Assembly: GCA_034780895.1 (NCBI GenBank)
Contig: JAUZTB010000098.1
Span: 84,719,738-84,783,737, forward strand
Length of the DNA: 64,000 nt
Origin: Rhynchobatus australiae
Lineage: Eukaryota
Direction: 5' to 3'
Of the stretch, positions 51,781-63,987 are shown piece by piece; the stretch's first letter is position 1; every line of letters starts with the position of its first letter. The position numbers and the translations under genes were made by a program. The notes beneath the pieces were generated by a model. The model ran no database searches, was not told where the DNA came from, and worked only from the letters and a program-made list of their open reading frames with translations.

Positions 51781-53398
51781 GTAAGTAGAGCTTCTAAAAA
51801 GCAAAGGGCAGTGGAGTGAAACCTCTGCTTTTACTCATACTAAAAAGATGAAAGGTTTATCATTATATTTTCCACATTTTGCTGTTTAGTCAAATGTCTG
51901 AATGAAGGAGCAAATACACAATTTGACCTTTATATAAATCTAACAAAGGTACAAAATTGATATGTATGGACCATAAAAGTTTAACTGACAACCATTCTAA
52001 TGTCCAATCAAGTAAAATGATACTGCACCTTTATTTTTAAGAGATCTTCATCTTTAACATGGAAGAATGCTGTTTTGTTACTGGTTATTTAATATCTTTA
52101 ATGGGAGATAAATTTAATTTTGGTGTGTAGACTGGCAATTGTGTTCTGGGCACCTAGAAGATATATGCATAAAATCTTTGAATTGCAATTTTGACTTGTG
52201 CATCATCTTCTTAAACTGGCTGGCTCTTCACTAAATGTTCCTTCACCCTTTAAGTGAATAAACTATTGATGTCAAGATAGTTAAGAGAATTCTCAGATAA
52301 TTTTGGATTAAAATCAATAGTGCACTTGGAAAATCACACTATGATTAACTAGAATCAACTATAAAGGAAAATTATGCTAGACAAAGATGGGAGGTGGGGT
52401 GGCGGAGGGACCAGGATTGTGGCTGAGGATAGGGAAAGGGTGTTTAGGTCTGTAACCAGTTTGGAGGCTGGGTCTCAAGATGGGGTGGAAGTCAGGGGTA
52501 ATATCAAGTGGTGGTGTCAGAGGTATGAAAGATAAAGAAAGAATTTCATTTGATAGGGATCCAATCCTGTGTTAGAGTGAGAAGATCTAGTTGTGCCAGA
52601 AGGACCATCAATGATAGGTCCTGGGATAATTTGGACAAAATTCTTCTGCAGTGCTCCAGAAGGAGTATTGCTTGACATCACACCCATGCATCTTGAAGTC
52701 ATATTAGGGGTGCAAGCGTGGATCACAACAGGAAAATTCTGAATGAATTTCTGCAGTCACATGAAACAATTGGGAAGTGGTTATTAATCATGTTTCACTC
52801 TAACATTTTTTCACCAGCAAGAGAAAATCTCTGGTATTGAATTTTTATACAGTCATTCTGAAATTCTCATTAAAGTTGACTGCATTCAGTTGTACATTTA
52901 TGACCAGCATTGTGTTGCCTTTTGTGTGGGTTTAATTTGTCAAGTGTGTGTGTGCGGTTGCATGAGCATAATGAATCTTTCTGAAACCTTCCAGCTGAAT
53001 CTTTTCTCCACTTTTATATTTTTTTTCTTTTTAGCTTTTGCAAATTTTAAGATGAGATTTACTTACAATATCAGCTGTTTACATAGATTAGGAACTAAGG
53101 ATCAAACTGGCCCTTTTAAAGTTTTTACTCATTGATTAACCTTCAGCTTAATTAAAAATGTTTATTGTGTAACTTCATTTGAGAATTTTGTAATCCCAGT
53201 TAGTGTTTTATGTTTTAACTTTAAAGCCTTGAAAGCTACTGAGCAGGTTTATTGGTCAGGATCATCTCCTACTCCAGATCTCTTCTCTGTTCTTAAGTTT
53301 TTGCTGCATTGGTTATCCTTGGCTTGTCTCTGATCCATTATTCATGCTTCAGCTTGTCCAAGGGAAATAGCAAAATAATAAGAATTTTCATCTTATAG

Positions 53399-53524
53399 TC
53401 TAATATTATTGGATGGCTACGGAAGGCACTTGAAACTGACAAGAAGGATTGGAAAAAAGAACAAGAGCCGGAAGCGGATCAGGATGGATACTATCAAACC
53501 ACACTGCCAGCTATTGTATTTCAG
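53399..53524 (+). CDS. EXOC3: EXOC3 coding exon 5, [42 protein letters not shown]
   Basis: Acceptor tcttatag, donor CAG|gtattt; 126 nt. Confidence 0.96.
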
Positions 53525-54319
53525 GTATTTTAAACTTCCTCATTTATACTTGTTGCAAATACTCAATATTCAATTTTTATCTTAATACCTTAGAAGTGTT
53601 TAAGCTGCAACCAGTTATAAACATGGCGAGCACTGGGGTTTGTAAGAATGAGAGGTGATTGCATTGAAACAAGATTCTAATGCGGTTTAAGTGGCGCTTT
53701 GCCATGGCCACAATCTTGAGCAGGAGCTGAAGATAAGGGATTGGATAATGAGAACTGAGGACAGGAAGAATTTAATTACTCAGAGGCTTGTATATCCACT
53801 CCAGAGGGCTTTTGATCCTCTGTCATTGAATATATTCAATGCTGGAATCAATGGATTTTAGAATTCTTGGGAATCAAGGAATATGGAGGTTGGGCAGGAA
53901 GGAAGAGTGAATGAGATTAGTCTGACTTGTTGGATGGTGGAGGGGACATAAGGGGACTTGTGGCCCACACCTGCATCTATTTCTTGTGCTCCTTTGTTTC
54001 TTCTCTGGTAGCATTTTGTTACTCAAGTTAGGCTGGTCCTAATTGATTTCAGGCTTTTTCAAAACTTGCATGCCCATTTTAAAATAGAGTGGTTCATTTC
54101 CATATTTGTATTTCATTTTGCAGAGCAAACCTGAACCATATCACTGCTCATTATTGTCATTTCTCTGTTGTGCATTTCACAAGTGCTTCAGAATCCTTGT
54201 GGGATTCTCATGAATTTCTGCCTTTACTTTGCCATGTAACATTTTGGTCACTAATGATGTTGGTAATGTTAAGGAATTAGTTTGTTTTGTATATCAAGTA
54301 TACCTGCATATTGTGTCCG

Positions 54320-54785
54320 TCAGACTTGTATAGCACAAAATGGGCTCTTTGGCTCACCATGTCCACGTCAACCATATATACAAATGTCATTTGCCAGCAC
54401 TTAGGCCATAACCTGGTCATTCAAGTGTTCATCTAGATACTTCAGTGTTGAGAGTTATCTGCCTCTGCTTAAACTCAGACAATGTGTTCCAGATTTAAAG
54501 TACCCTCTGGTGGAAAAAGTTCTTCAGAGGATCTCATCTAAATCTTTTACACCTTCCCCTCAGTCTGTGGCCTCTAGTTTTAGAAAGTTCTGCCATGGGG
54601 AAGGGTTTCCTTTTATCTACCTTATCCGTGGCCCTCAGAATTTTGTATACCTCTATTAGGTCTCCCTTCAGCCTCTTCTGCTCCAAGGGAAACAATCCAC
54701 CCTATTTAGTCTCTCCTCATCTATGAAACACTCCATCCCAGGCAAAATCCTGGGGAATCTTTTCTGCACCTTATCCAGTGCAGTC
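54320..54785 (-). mobile_element. CR1-type LINE 3' fragment
   Basis: Reverse complement of the CR1 3' end (ctctagttttaga...atctaccttatcc...ttttgtatacctctattaggtctccc...ccaggcaaaatcctgg). Confidence 0.7.
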
Positions 54786-55003
54786 TGATGTGCTTGTACG
54801 AGCACAGGACAGGAAAGTATAAATGAATACTTTATACATGAAATTATAAATGAAAGGTATATATGGTCCTGCTATTCAGACTCGTACTTGCACAGGCCAG
54901 CAATTTCTTCATATTGGTAAATAGTTGTTTTGCTACTGATTTTTGGAGCCATAAAGTTTGGAAATGTGTAGAATGTTTGATATGCACTCATGTTCTGTTT
55001 TAG

Positions 55004-55104
55004 ATGTTTGAACAAAATCTACAGGTGGCTGCTCAAATCAGTGATGATCTGAAACTTAAGGTGCTAACATTGTGCCTTCAGCAAATGAACTCTTTCTTGA
55101 GCAG
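55004..55104 (+). CDS. EXOC3: EXOC3 coding exon 6, [33 protein letters not shown](R)
   Basis: Acceptor ctgttttag, donor AG|gtgagt; 101 nt. Confidence 0.96.
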
Positions 55105-56225
55105 GTGAGTACATGTGCAATAAAGAGAGACGTTTTAAGAATGATTGAGCTAAACATAGTTTTGGTTCTGGTCTTCAGCTGATACCTGCAAAAATGATTC
55201 CCAATTTCCTGTAGTTTATGTCTGCCTTTGTTAGCTCTCAAATGTGACACTGTTCATACCAGGAAAGAGAATGGAAAACAGTGTTTTCATGGGAATTATA
55301 TCAATGTCTCTTGCAGATTAGGTTGATCCCAACATAACTGTAGAATTTCTTGAATTCATGGAGGTATTGAGTTAAAGTAATCCTTCTATAACATCTGCTA
55401 AGATGCAGATCTGCTGTATTTTCCTGAGATGTCAGATTTTTGAAAGACTTGAGTGACTGAGAACCATGGTAACCATACTGCTTTCATTTTGCATGAATTT
55501 GTGTGTGTAGCCAATTCTTCTTTACCACCTCATTGTAGAGAAGGTTATGAGTTGGTGCAATAATCTGAATATATTTGTGAATTGAGTAGAGTACATCTCA
55601 ATCAAAGCATCAGTAACTTCCTGCATTGTTAGCTGTGCCAGAATTGGAGGACTAATGCTTCCAAACACTGCCAGAAGTGACGTAGAAATTTTAAAAATCA
55701 CAACTAAGTCTGGGTCCCCTTTTCTGTGACACTCCTACACTCCTTTCATCCAAACATTTGACTCTTAAAGTAGGATGCCATCAGTAAATGATAAACCTCT
55801 TCCTTCCAGTTTAATGCACCAAAAACAAATTGATGAACTATGCATAGATTTTTTGGGGTTGAGAAGATCTAATGTGTTCAACAAAAACTTGAAGTTATGA
55901 TTACTGTTGCAGCTCCTGTTTGGAGTGATATTTTAGGATCCTGATTGCAGATTGTTTCTGTTGCCTCGAGAATCGTAAACCTTTCAAAATGGACATGGCG
56001 GGGTGGTGGGAAATAACATTTTAATCTTATTGAGATTACTGATAAAATAATTTTTCAAAAAGAGAATTTGTCTTTTAAAGATGGAAGCAAATGCTTTTGG
56101 AGTAAGAGGAGAGAGGAGGACTGGAGACTTCTTATCTCTGAAAGAAGCAGCAGTTGGAATATGTCTGAATTACATAAATGCAAATTCGCCTAAATAGTGA
56201 AATAATGGACTTTGCTTCTTGCCAG

Positions 56226-56336
56226 GTACAAGGAAGAAGTGACGCTATATAAAGATGATCACCTGAAAGATCGTCAACATCCTCAGTTCTACATTCAATA
56301 TATGGTTGCAGTTGTTAACAACTGCCAAACTTTCAA
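56226..56336 (+). CDS. EXOC3: EXOC3 coding exon 7, YKEEVTLYKDDHLKDRQHPQFYIQYMVAVVNNCQTF(K)
   Basis: Acceptor tttgccag, donor AA|gtaaat; 111 nt. Confidence 0.96.
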
Positions 56337-56853
56337 GTAAATGCACAGTTTTACTTCTTTACAAAACAGTATTTGGGAATGAATAGTTTCTTTTAATGGC
56401 ACAGCTGCCATCAAACAGTTTATTTACTTAGTATTACATGGTGACTAATACATGGTGTTGTAATGCTTATATTTAAACTATACTAAGGAGGTCCACAGAA
56501 GTTTAACTAACAGTACTGCCTTTCTGCAGAATGGTAATATTCCTGGGAGTCTGTGCAGAAGTATTTAGAAATGCTTCTGGATTTTTAATAGGTTTGTTGA
56601 TCTTTTAAGGAGTTTATTTAACTTTTAACAGTTAAACAGATCTTAACAACAAGAATGAAATGAACAAGATCAACTATTGGTATTGATTTATTATTGAATT
56701 GGATGTTTAGAGCATTGTTTATGCCCAACAGTGGTTGGGTTTGGTGGTGGGGAGGGTGGTAGTAGAGGGGAGAGGAGTCTAACTAAATGACAATGTGTAT
56801 TTATATAACAACATAGTTAATGTAATCACTTAAGTTCATTTTGTATATTGCAG

Positions 56854-57010
56854 AGAATCTCTCAACAGTTTAAAGAGGAAATACACAAAGTTTGAGATAG
56901 AGATGGAAGAAGAACATTATGGTAATCAGCCAACAATAGAGGGAACTCTGGATATTATTGCCAAAGATGGATGTGCCTATCTGCTAAACGAAGTATTCCT
57001 TGATTTAGAG
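56854..57010 (+). CDS. EXOC3: EXOC3 coding exon 8, ESLNSLKRKY...AYLLNEVFLDLE
   Basis: Acceptor tattgcag, donor GAG|gttggt; 157 nt. Confidence 0.95.
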
Positions 57011-57547
57011 GTTGGTGTACACAAAATATCCCTTCAGTTGGAAACAAAATGTTGTATGAATTTTAGAAAGGGCTGAGTGATATTCTGTTACCAAAATACA
57101 TATTTAAAACTCCATTTGCCAAGGCATATTTCTCCATGAAAACTTTTAATACAGAGGAAATACTGTAGTGTGGGAGGTACCATCTTTCAGATGAAAAGTT
57201 AAGCAATGGTCCCATTTTCTTGATTAAGTGGGCTTAGAGCAGAGAGCTGTCTCTCAATTTCTGCCGATATTCGTATGCGGTTAAACGAGATTAGTGTAGA
57301 TGGGTACAATGGACATGATGGCTGAAGGACCTGTTTCTTTGCTGCATGATTCTGATTCAAGGCCCATAATGAAAATCTCTGTGCTGCACAGATTGACAGC
57401 CATTGGATTTTGAATATTTGCATTTAAGACATTTATGTTTATGTTTTATATTTATTTCCTCGACTGCAGAAATCTGCCAAGTATAGGATGGGATTGATTG
57501 CATCCTCAGTGGCTGTGCAATGCTAAGATGCACTTTTTTCATTTCAG

Positions 57548-57670
57548 CCTCATCTTCAAGAGTTGATGACCAGAAAATGGCTTGCTGGGTCTAATGCTGT
57601 GGATATCATTTGTGTTACCGTAGAGGATTATTTCAATGACTTTGCTAAAATTAAAAGACCATACAGCAAG
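57548..57670 (+). CDS. EXOC3: EXOC3 coding exon 9, PHLQELMTRKWLAGSNAVDIICVTVEDYFNDFAKIKRPYSK
   Basis: Acceptor catttcag, donor AAG|gtaaaa; 123 nt. Confidence 0.96.
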
Positions 57671-58272
57671 GTAAAATGTTAATCTATAACTTAAAATAGT
57701 TTATTTTCATTGTCTCTGCTGAAAAGTTAACTTCTGGAAAACTATATTCTCACCATTCATCTATATTCATTATGTTACCGTTAATCTCTTCACGTTTTTA
57801 CAGAAATACATTGCAGTATGTGAAAGCAACAAAAGATAATTAATAAAGTTACATTTTTTTCCTGGTGGAATTCTACATTAATCATTTTCAAACTAGTTTT
57901 AGCAAAGCCAATTCAGGTTTTTTGACTGGTTAACTCAAGTTCCCTCTTTGCAAAGAATATGTCTTCAGAGAACAGGAAAAGTTTTTTTTTAAACAAAAAC
58001 CCAATGTTTTAGAAGTGGGTCAAGTTTCTGACAGAGAATGTTAATAGGATAGGTTTCAGCTTAAGCAAAATTTAATTTATTTGTAGAGTAATTCAATGAT
58101 TTGTTTCATGAGGAATGTTTCGAAACCTTAACACTATGCTGTAGGTAAAATGCAGAAAAAAAACTTTTTCTTTTAACTTTCACTTGTGGATTGAATTACT
58201 GTTGTTTAATTTCTGACAACAATTTCCTTTTGAGGGGTTCATAACATCAAAAACTTGTATTTTTTTGTACAG

Positions 58273-58434
58273 GACATAACAATAGAAGCTCATAGAAGGG
58301 TTGTAGTGGAGTATATCAGAACTATGATGCAAAGAAGGATCACGTTCAAAGGTTTGGATGAACGCAGAGAAGGGGCTGAGAGAGTTATAAAAGATGCGGA
58401 GCAGTTTCGGTTCTTGTTTAAAAAACTTTCAGCT
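58273..58434 (+). CDS. EXOC3: EXOC3 coding exon 10, DITIEAHRRVVVEYIRTMMQRRITFK...FLFKKLSA
   Basis: Acceptor tttgtacag, donor GCT|gtaagt; 162 nt. Confidence 0.96.
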
Positions 58435-59168
58435 GTAAGTACTTTGTTTTCCCCACAATTTCAATGATATTTCTGAATGTTATAAGCTCCATGAGATAAT
58501 TGTGCAGATGGTAAGAGTTTAAGACTTTTAATTTTTTAATTACTGCCATTTCTTTATTTTACATTTAAATGTACAAGAAAAAGAAATGGGAGTAATTAAA
58601 ATGTGCAGTTAAATGTACAGCTAGGAGAATAAACTCAAAGGACCAGTTCACAAACTTGCTGGGGCTACATATTGAGAATTCAGAATATGTTCAAATTCTT
58701 TCCAATGATTCAATTCACACATCATGTTCCCGATGCAAACTTCTGCAGAATCAGTTATCGGCAACAGAAGAGATCTGACAGCAACTTCTGGAGTATGCAC
58801 ACGCAGTTAAATGTGGAAATTCAGAAGTTGCTGTCACTGATTCTGACCCCTTAGGGAGTGCTATTTCTCCACCATAATCTTCAGAAATCGGTAAAACAAT
58901 GAAAACTAGAAATACTGGAGGATGTCCATTTAATGAGAGGAGAAAAGTTTAAAGGAAATGTGTGGGGCAAGATTTTTTACACAGTGATAGGTGCCTGGAG
59001 TGGGCTGCCAGGGATAGTGGTGGAAGCACAGATGGAAAAAATGTCTTGTCCTTCACTTTGTCCCTGTGGAGACTTGAAGGAAAATTGGTGTAAAATATGA
59101 GTACAATGTATTACATAACTATATTTTAAGTTTGTATAGAAGATATTCAATAATTCTTTTACCTGCAG

Positions 59169-59296
59169 GGTTTTGGAGAAGACGCTGATCTACTGTGTGA
59201 TGCTATCCCAGCTCTAGCTGAAGTCTTAAAGCTCACCGATCCATCTTTATTATGTCTTGAGGTCTCTACATTAGTTAATAAATTTCCTGACTTCAG
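59169..59296 (+). CDS. EXOC3: EXOC3 coding exon 11, GFGEDADLLCDAIPALAEVLKLTDPSLLCLEVSTLVNKFPDF(R)
   Basis: Acceptor acctgcag, donor AG|gttagt; 128 nt. Confidence 0.96.
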
Positions 59297-60665
59297 GTTA
59301 GTCTTTTTGTTAAATGTGTCATCAAGGAAAAAGTTCTGTCGCATAATATCATGGGGAACAGCAGCTTAATGCTGTCACACATTACAGGTGGTGGCTCTCG
59401 CTCAGGTTGCTGAATCTGATAAGTTTTACTGGTGGAGCCATAGATTGACTTCCGGAGCTATGTAATATTCAAAACATGACTGATTATATAAAAACATTAG
59501 CAGGATTCCTTAAGAGATGTGGCATTTCATTTTGTAAAAAGATAGAAATCCTCTTTCAAATACACACTTAAAGTTACACCACTTACAATCCATTGATGGA
59601 ATGGCATTGATAGCAGTCATAAACAGTGAATTTGCCCTATTCCTATTCTAGAAGACTTATGCATGACCTTTGTGGAAAAGCTTTTTTTTTATAAAAGTCT
59701 TGTCACCCCAGGGTTGAAAATTTCCTTTCATGTTGTATTTATGCAATCACATTTGGCAAGATCTGAGATAGAAGGGTGGAATTTAAATGTAATGGGAAAA
59801 TATATTGGAAAAAAATTAAGTTCAAATAAAGCTGTACTTTCCCATTCCATTGCTATGTTGGAAGTGAGAATGGTATCTAGTTAAAACTAATGCTCAAGAA
59901 ATTCTTATTTCAAATATCATTGCATCTGAGTTTCACTGAATTAACAACCTTGATGAATTTCCAGTCTCTGACTGTAGTCAAAAGGGAGAGACTACATTTA
60001 AATGTCAAATACAGTGTGAAGGAACAGCTAATGTTTGGTGTTCACCTAAACCACTGGAAAAGCCAGGCAGGTCATTCATCATCCACAGTGCAGCACCACC
60101 TTGAGTAACAGCTGGTGTCTCCACATAGATTAAATTCCAGGAGAAGAATTTGAATTCGGAACTTTATATAGAGGTCATGTTATAAAGTGAGTGAATGAAT
60201 TCTGTTTTAAATCTTCATTGGGATTGAACATTTTCCAATCTAAATTTCCTTGAACAATTTTGTGGGGAAACTTTTGTGTTTCATGATGAAATTGGATTTT
60301 CCAGCTTGTGTAAGTGTTATTTTTGCAAGAACTTTAAATTGGAGCCCGCCAGCTTCCATTAAACATGAGCATAGGAAGTTGTAATTGACCATAAAGACTG
60401 TAAAGGAAACTGGGTCATGGTTATGAACTTTGGTTTATTTGTTCCCAGTCCTCTGATTCCACTTCACCTGAAGACCATCCTCTACTTGGGTTCTTGGCTT
60501 CCAGGAAATTATGCAATGTATTTGCTTTTTAAAAAAAACTTGTAACATGGCTGTTTTTCTTTCTGCTTAACTATGAGCAATGCACAAGCTAATAACGTAA
60601 ATATAAAGCAAACTTATTTTCCAATGAACCTTTTATAATTTAGAAACTTTACTGTTACTCCACAG

Positions 60666-60837
60666 GGAAGAACACATCACAGCCCTCCTGGCGATGAGGG
60701 GAGATGCCAGCAGGGAAATGAAACAGACGGTTATTGAAACTTTGTGCCAAAACCAAGCTCATCCTGGTCCTAATTTTAAGCCAATCTTCAAAGATATTTC
60801 AGTACAAAATTTAACATTGGCAAAATTAGTAAAATGA
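60666..60837 (+). CDS. EXOC3: EXOC3 last coding exon, EEHITALLAMRGDASREMKQTVIETL...LAKLVK*
   Basis: Acceptor ctccacag; TGA at 60835-60837. The 12 exons sum to 2244 nt, giving 747 aa with no frameshift. Confidence 0.96.
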
Positions 60838-61584
60838 AATGTTCATTTTTGGAATTTAATGTATACAGTAGACCTTGCTATAGCAACACTTGGGAAGCAT
60901 CTAGAAAGTATTATGGAAAGTTGTATTGTAAGCTTGAGTATCCTTGGAATAATTTTTATTTAAAATAATCAGTGCAAGTTTTTCTGACTGTGAATTGTAA
61001 AATGAGTGGACTCTACTAGCTAAAAAGATGTGTGTTCAGCAGAGACATTGTCTCACTGAGCTCCTTGATTTGTCAGCTGAGCATCTGGTAGTCTTCTGAA
61101 CCTGAAATAGATCCAAGAGTGTAGATGTAGCTTCACTACTTTTGTAACTAAAAGTATTTTGAAACTACTTTGGGCCCAACAAGCAGGGCCACACTGCTTT
61201 TAGTGAGCTTGTTAATGATGCAATAAGAATTATAGCTCTGTTAAACTGACAAGCAACTTTGTATGTATTTTTGCCTTTTTGTCAGCAATTTTGAGAACAA
61301 ATAATTAAGCCACATTTTGGAAGACACAGAATGAGGAATGTATTTTTATGTATGCACGTTTGTACAGGGTTTAAGGTGCATATCCAGAAGTAAAATGGAT
61401 AATTTTGCAGAAGGTTTTTAATTCTGATTGAAATTGTCTTCTGTAAAATAAGTTCACAAATGTACATTTAACATAAACTCAACAATAGTTTGGTGGACAT
61501 TTCAAATGGTGTTTGTGGTGTTCGCTCTTTTTAAAAGAAAATAGAATTCAAATATGTATAAAACAAAACAAGATTGTAAAGGGT

Positions 61585-61821
61585 TGTAGCGGTTAACTAT
61601 GCTGACTAAAGACACAAGATGATTGAAGTTAGAGTCGAATGAACGACTGGGGCACACTGCCCCTTTAATACTAACTGTTCCCACACTGACATCACGTGCA
61701 GGTCACGTGACTCCTGCATGCGGACTTTCCTAGCCCAACGAAGGAGGAGTGCCCTGTGCCATCTTAGATCGGGGCCTCTGACGATCACGGGAGCCGATTT
61801 CGTTATCGGTAAGTTGCTACA
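61585..61821 (-). repeat. 3' LTR (237 bp) of the Gypsy element
   Basis: Inverted termini TGTAGC...GCTACA, next to a G-rich PPT on the - strand. Its first 12 nt (tgtagcggttaa) match 63989-64000 (tgtagcggctag) at 10/12. Confidence 0.9.
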
Positions 61822-63975
61822 TAACCCCCCCACCAGAACTGGCGATACAGTCACGAAAACCAGAATTAAATAAACTATGGCTTGGGTGGCCTGCCCCTGC
61901 ATCGTGCTGGCTGGACCACTACCAGTTGGTCCAGGTCTAAATGAGCCGGCTTCGGCTGGTCAATTGTAAAAACCTCCTCACACCCCCCAATGTCCAACAC
62001 AAATGTAGACCCATTGTCCTTGATGACCCGGAATGGCCTTTCGTATGGCCGCTGCAGTGGTGTTCAGTGTGCGCCCCTCCTGACAAAGACAAATGTAGTC
62101 TCAGATGGATATCGGCATACGGGTCGGGGTCTGTGTGTCACGAGGTGGGAATCGGAGCCAGGTTGCCAAGCCACTTTCGCAGCCAATCGAGCGTCACAGC
62201 AGGTTCTTCCTCTGGCCCCCCGAGGGGCTGGTAGGAACTCGCCCGGGACTACCAAGGGCGTTCTGTAAACCATTTCTGCGGACAAGGCGTTCAGGTCCTC
62301 TCTTGGTGAGGTACGTATCCCCAGCAGGACCCAGGGAGTTCATCCATAAGGCGGGCCATGAGTGCAGATTTCAGGTGCCAATGGAACCTCTCTACCATTG
62401 GATTGCGGATGATAGGCAGTGGTGAGGTGAATTTGGGAACCCCACAAGTTGGTGACAGCTGACCACAGGCCGGAGGTGAATTGAGCTCCCCTGTCCGAGG
62501 TGATATGGGCTGGGACACCGAAATGGGCCACCCAAGTTGACAAAAGGGCCCGTGCGCAGGACTGGGTGGAGGTGTCCGCGAGTGGAATGGCTTTGGGCCA
62601 ATGGGTGAAGTGGTTGACAATCGTGAGGAGGTACCATGCTCCTTGGGAGACTGGGAGGGGGCCGAAAAGGTTGATATGGATATGGTCAAACCTCCGGCAG
62701 GTTGGTGGAAAATCCTGCAGAACGGCCTTGACATGCTACTGTACTTTTGGAAATTTGGCAGTGTGTGCAGGATCGGGCCCATTCGAAAACCTACTTACGC
62801 AGGCTGTGCCAGGCAAACTTGTCAGACACCATCCGGACAGTAGTCCGGATGGATGGGTGTGCCAGGCCGTGGATGTCCAGGTGAAATTGCTGGTGCTGAA
62901 CTGGNNNNNNNNNNNNNNNNNNNNNNNNNNNNNNNNNNNNNNNNNNNNNNNNNNNNNNNNNNNNNNNNNNNNNNNNNNNNNNNNNNNNNNNNNNNNNNNN
63001 NNNNGGATGGGTGTGCCAGGCCGTGGATGTCCAGGTGAAATTGCTGGTGCTGAACTGGAGTTGTACCGAATGGGTGCCAAAGGTTCGGATGGCACTGCTG
63101 TTGGTGGCTTGGAGGGTGGGTCCTGGTGCGCAATTGCGAGTCTCGTGGCTGTTGGGAGGCATGACGCTGACCTCTGCCCTGGTATTAACTAGGAAAGGAC
63201 GACCTGAACGCCTGTCCCACACATGCAAGAGGCCATCTGGGTGGCCAACTGCCGTAGCCATCAGCAGCAGCTGGCCCTGGCATTTCCCGGAAACCTGCAT
63301 GGTGGTCAGCACCTGCAGGCGTCTGCGCCCCACTGCCAGGGGTAGAAACACCATTGGTCAGTCAGTGTCTCAGACCTGGTGGCGGGTGGGGTGCGGTTGA
63401 TTGCTGGGCCGTTGGGTATGTGGTGTGGCTATGCGCTCGACAGACACCCCACTCTCCTTCGCCTGCCAAAGGACGTCAGCACGGGTGGCCACCTTCCGGG
63501 GGTTGCTGAAATCGGCATCCGCTAGGAGCAGGTGGATGTTGTCAGGTAACTGCTCCAGAAATGCCTGCTCAAAACATTAGGCAGGGTTTGTGGCTGTCTG
63601 CCAGGGCCAACATCTCGTTCATGAACACAGAGGGGGATCTGTCACCCAACCCATCGAGGTGGAGGAGGCGGGAGGCCCGTTCGCGTTGGGAAAGGCCAAA
63701 AGTCTGATGAAGGAGGGTTTTGAAGTTAGCATACCTATCATCCTCTGGGGGCGCCTAGATAATGTCCTCGACCTGGGCTGTGGTGTCTTGGTTGAGGGCG
63801 CTCACCACTTAGTAATACTTGGTGTCGTCCCTGGTGATCTGGCAAATCTGGAACTGGGCCTTGGCTTGGTCGAACCAGACATGATGCCAGAGGGTCCAAA
63901 AGTTGGGCAATTTAAGAGCTACTGCCTGTACCTCTTGTTGTGCAGACATCATGGGTCCAAAAATGTTTGGGCCCA

Positions 63976-63987
63976 TCGGGGTCACCA
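63976..63987 (-). other. Primer-binding site TGGTGACCCCGA (complementary to the tRNA-Trp 3' end)
   Basis: Lies 1 nt inside the 5' LTR end (...GCTACA T TGGTGACCCCGA) and matches the tRNA-Trp 3' end ...TCGGGGTCACCA. Confidence 0.85.

Noticed and set aside
62851-63058. Identical 54-nt sequence on both sides of the N gap (62851-62904 and 63005-63058)
   Set aside because: Typical overlapping contig ends left unmerged by scaffolding; ggaacagaac likewise flanks the gap at 5773-5872. Not treated as a biological duplication.
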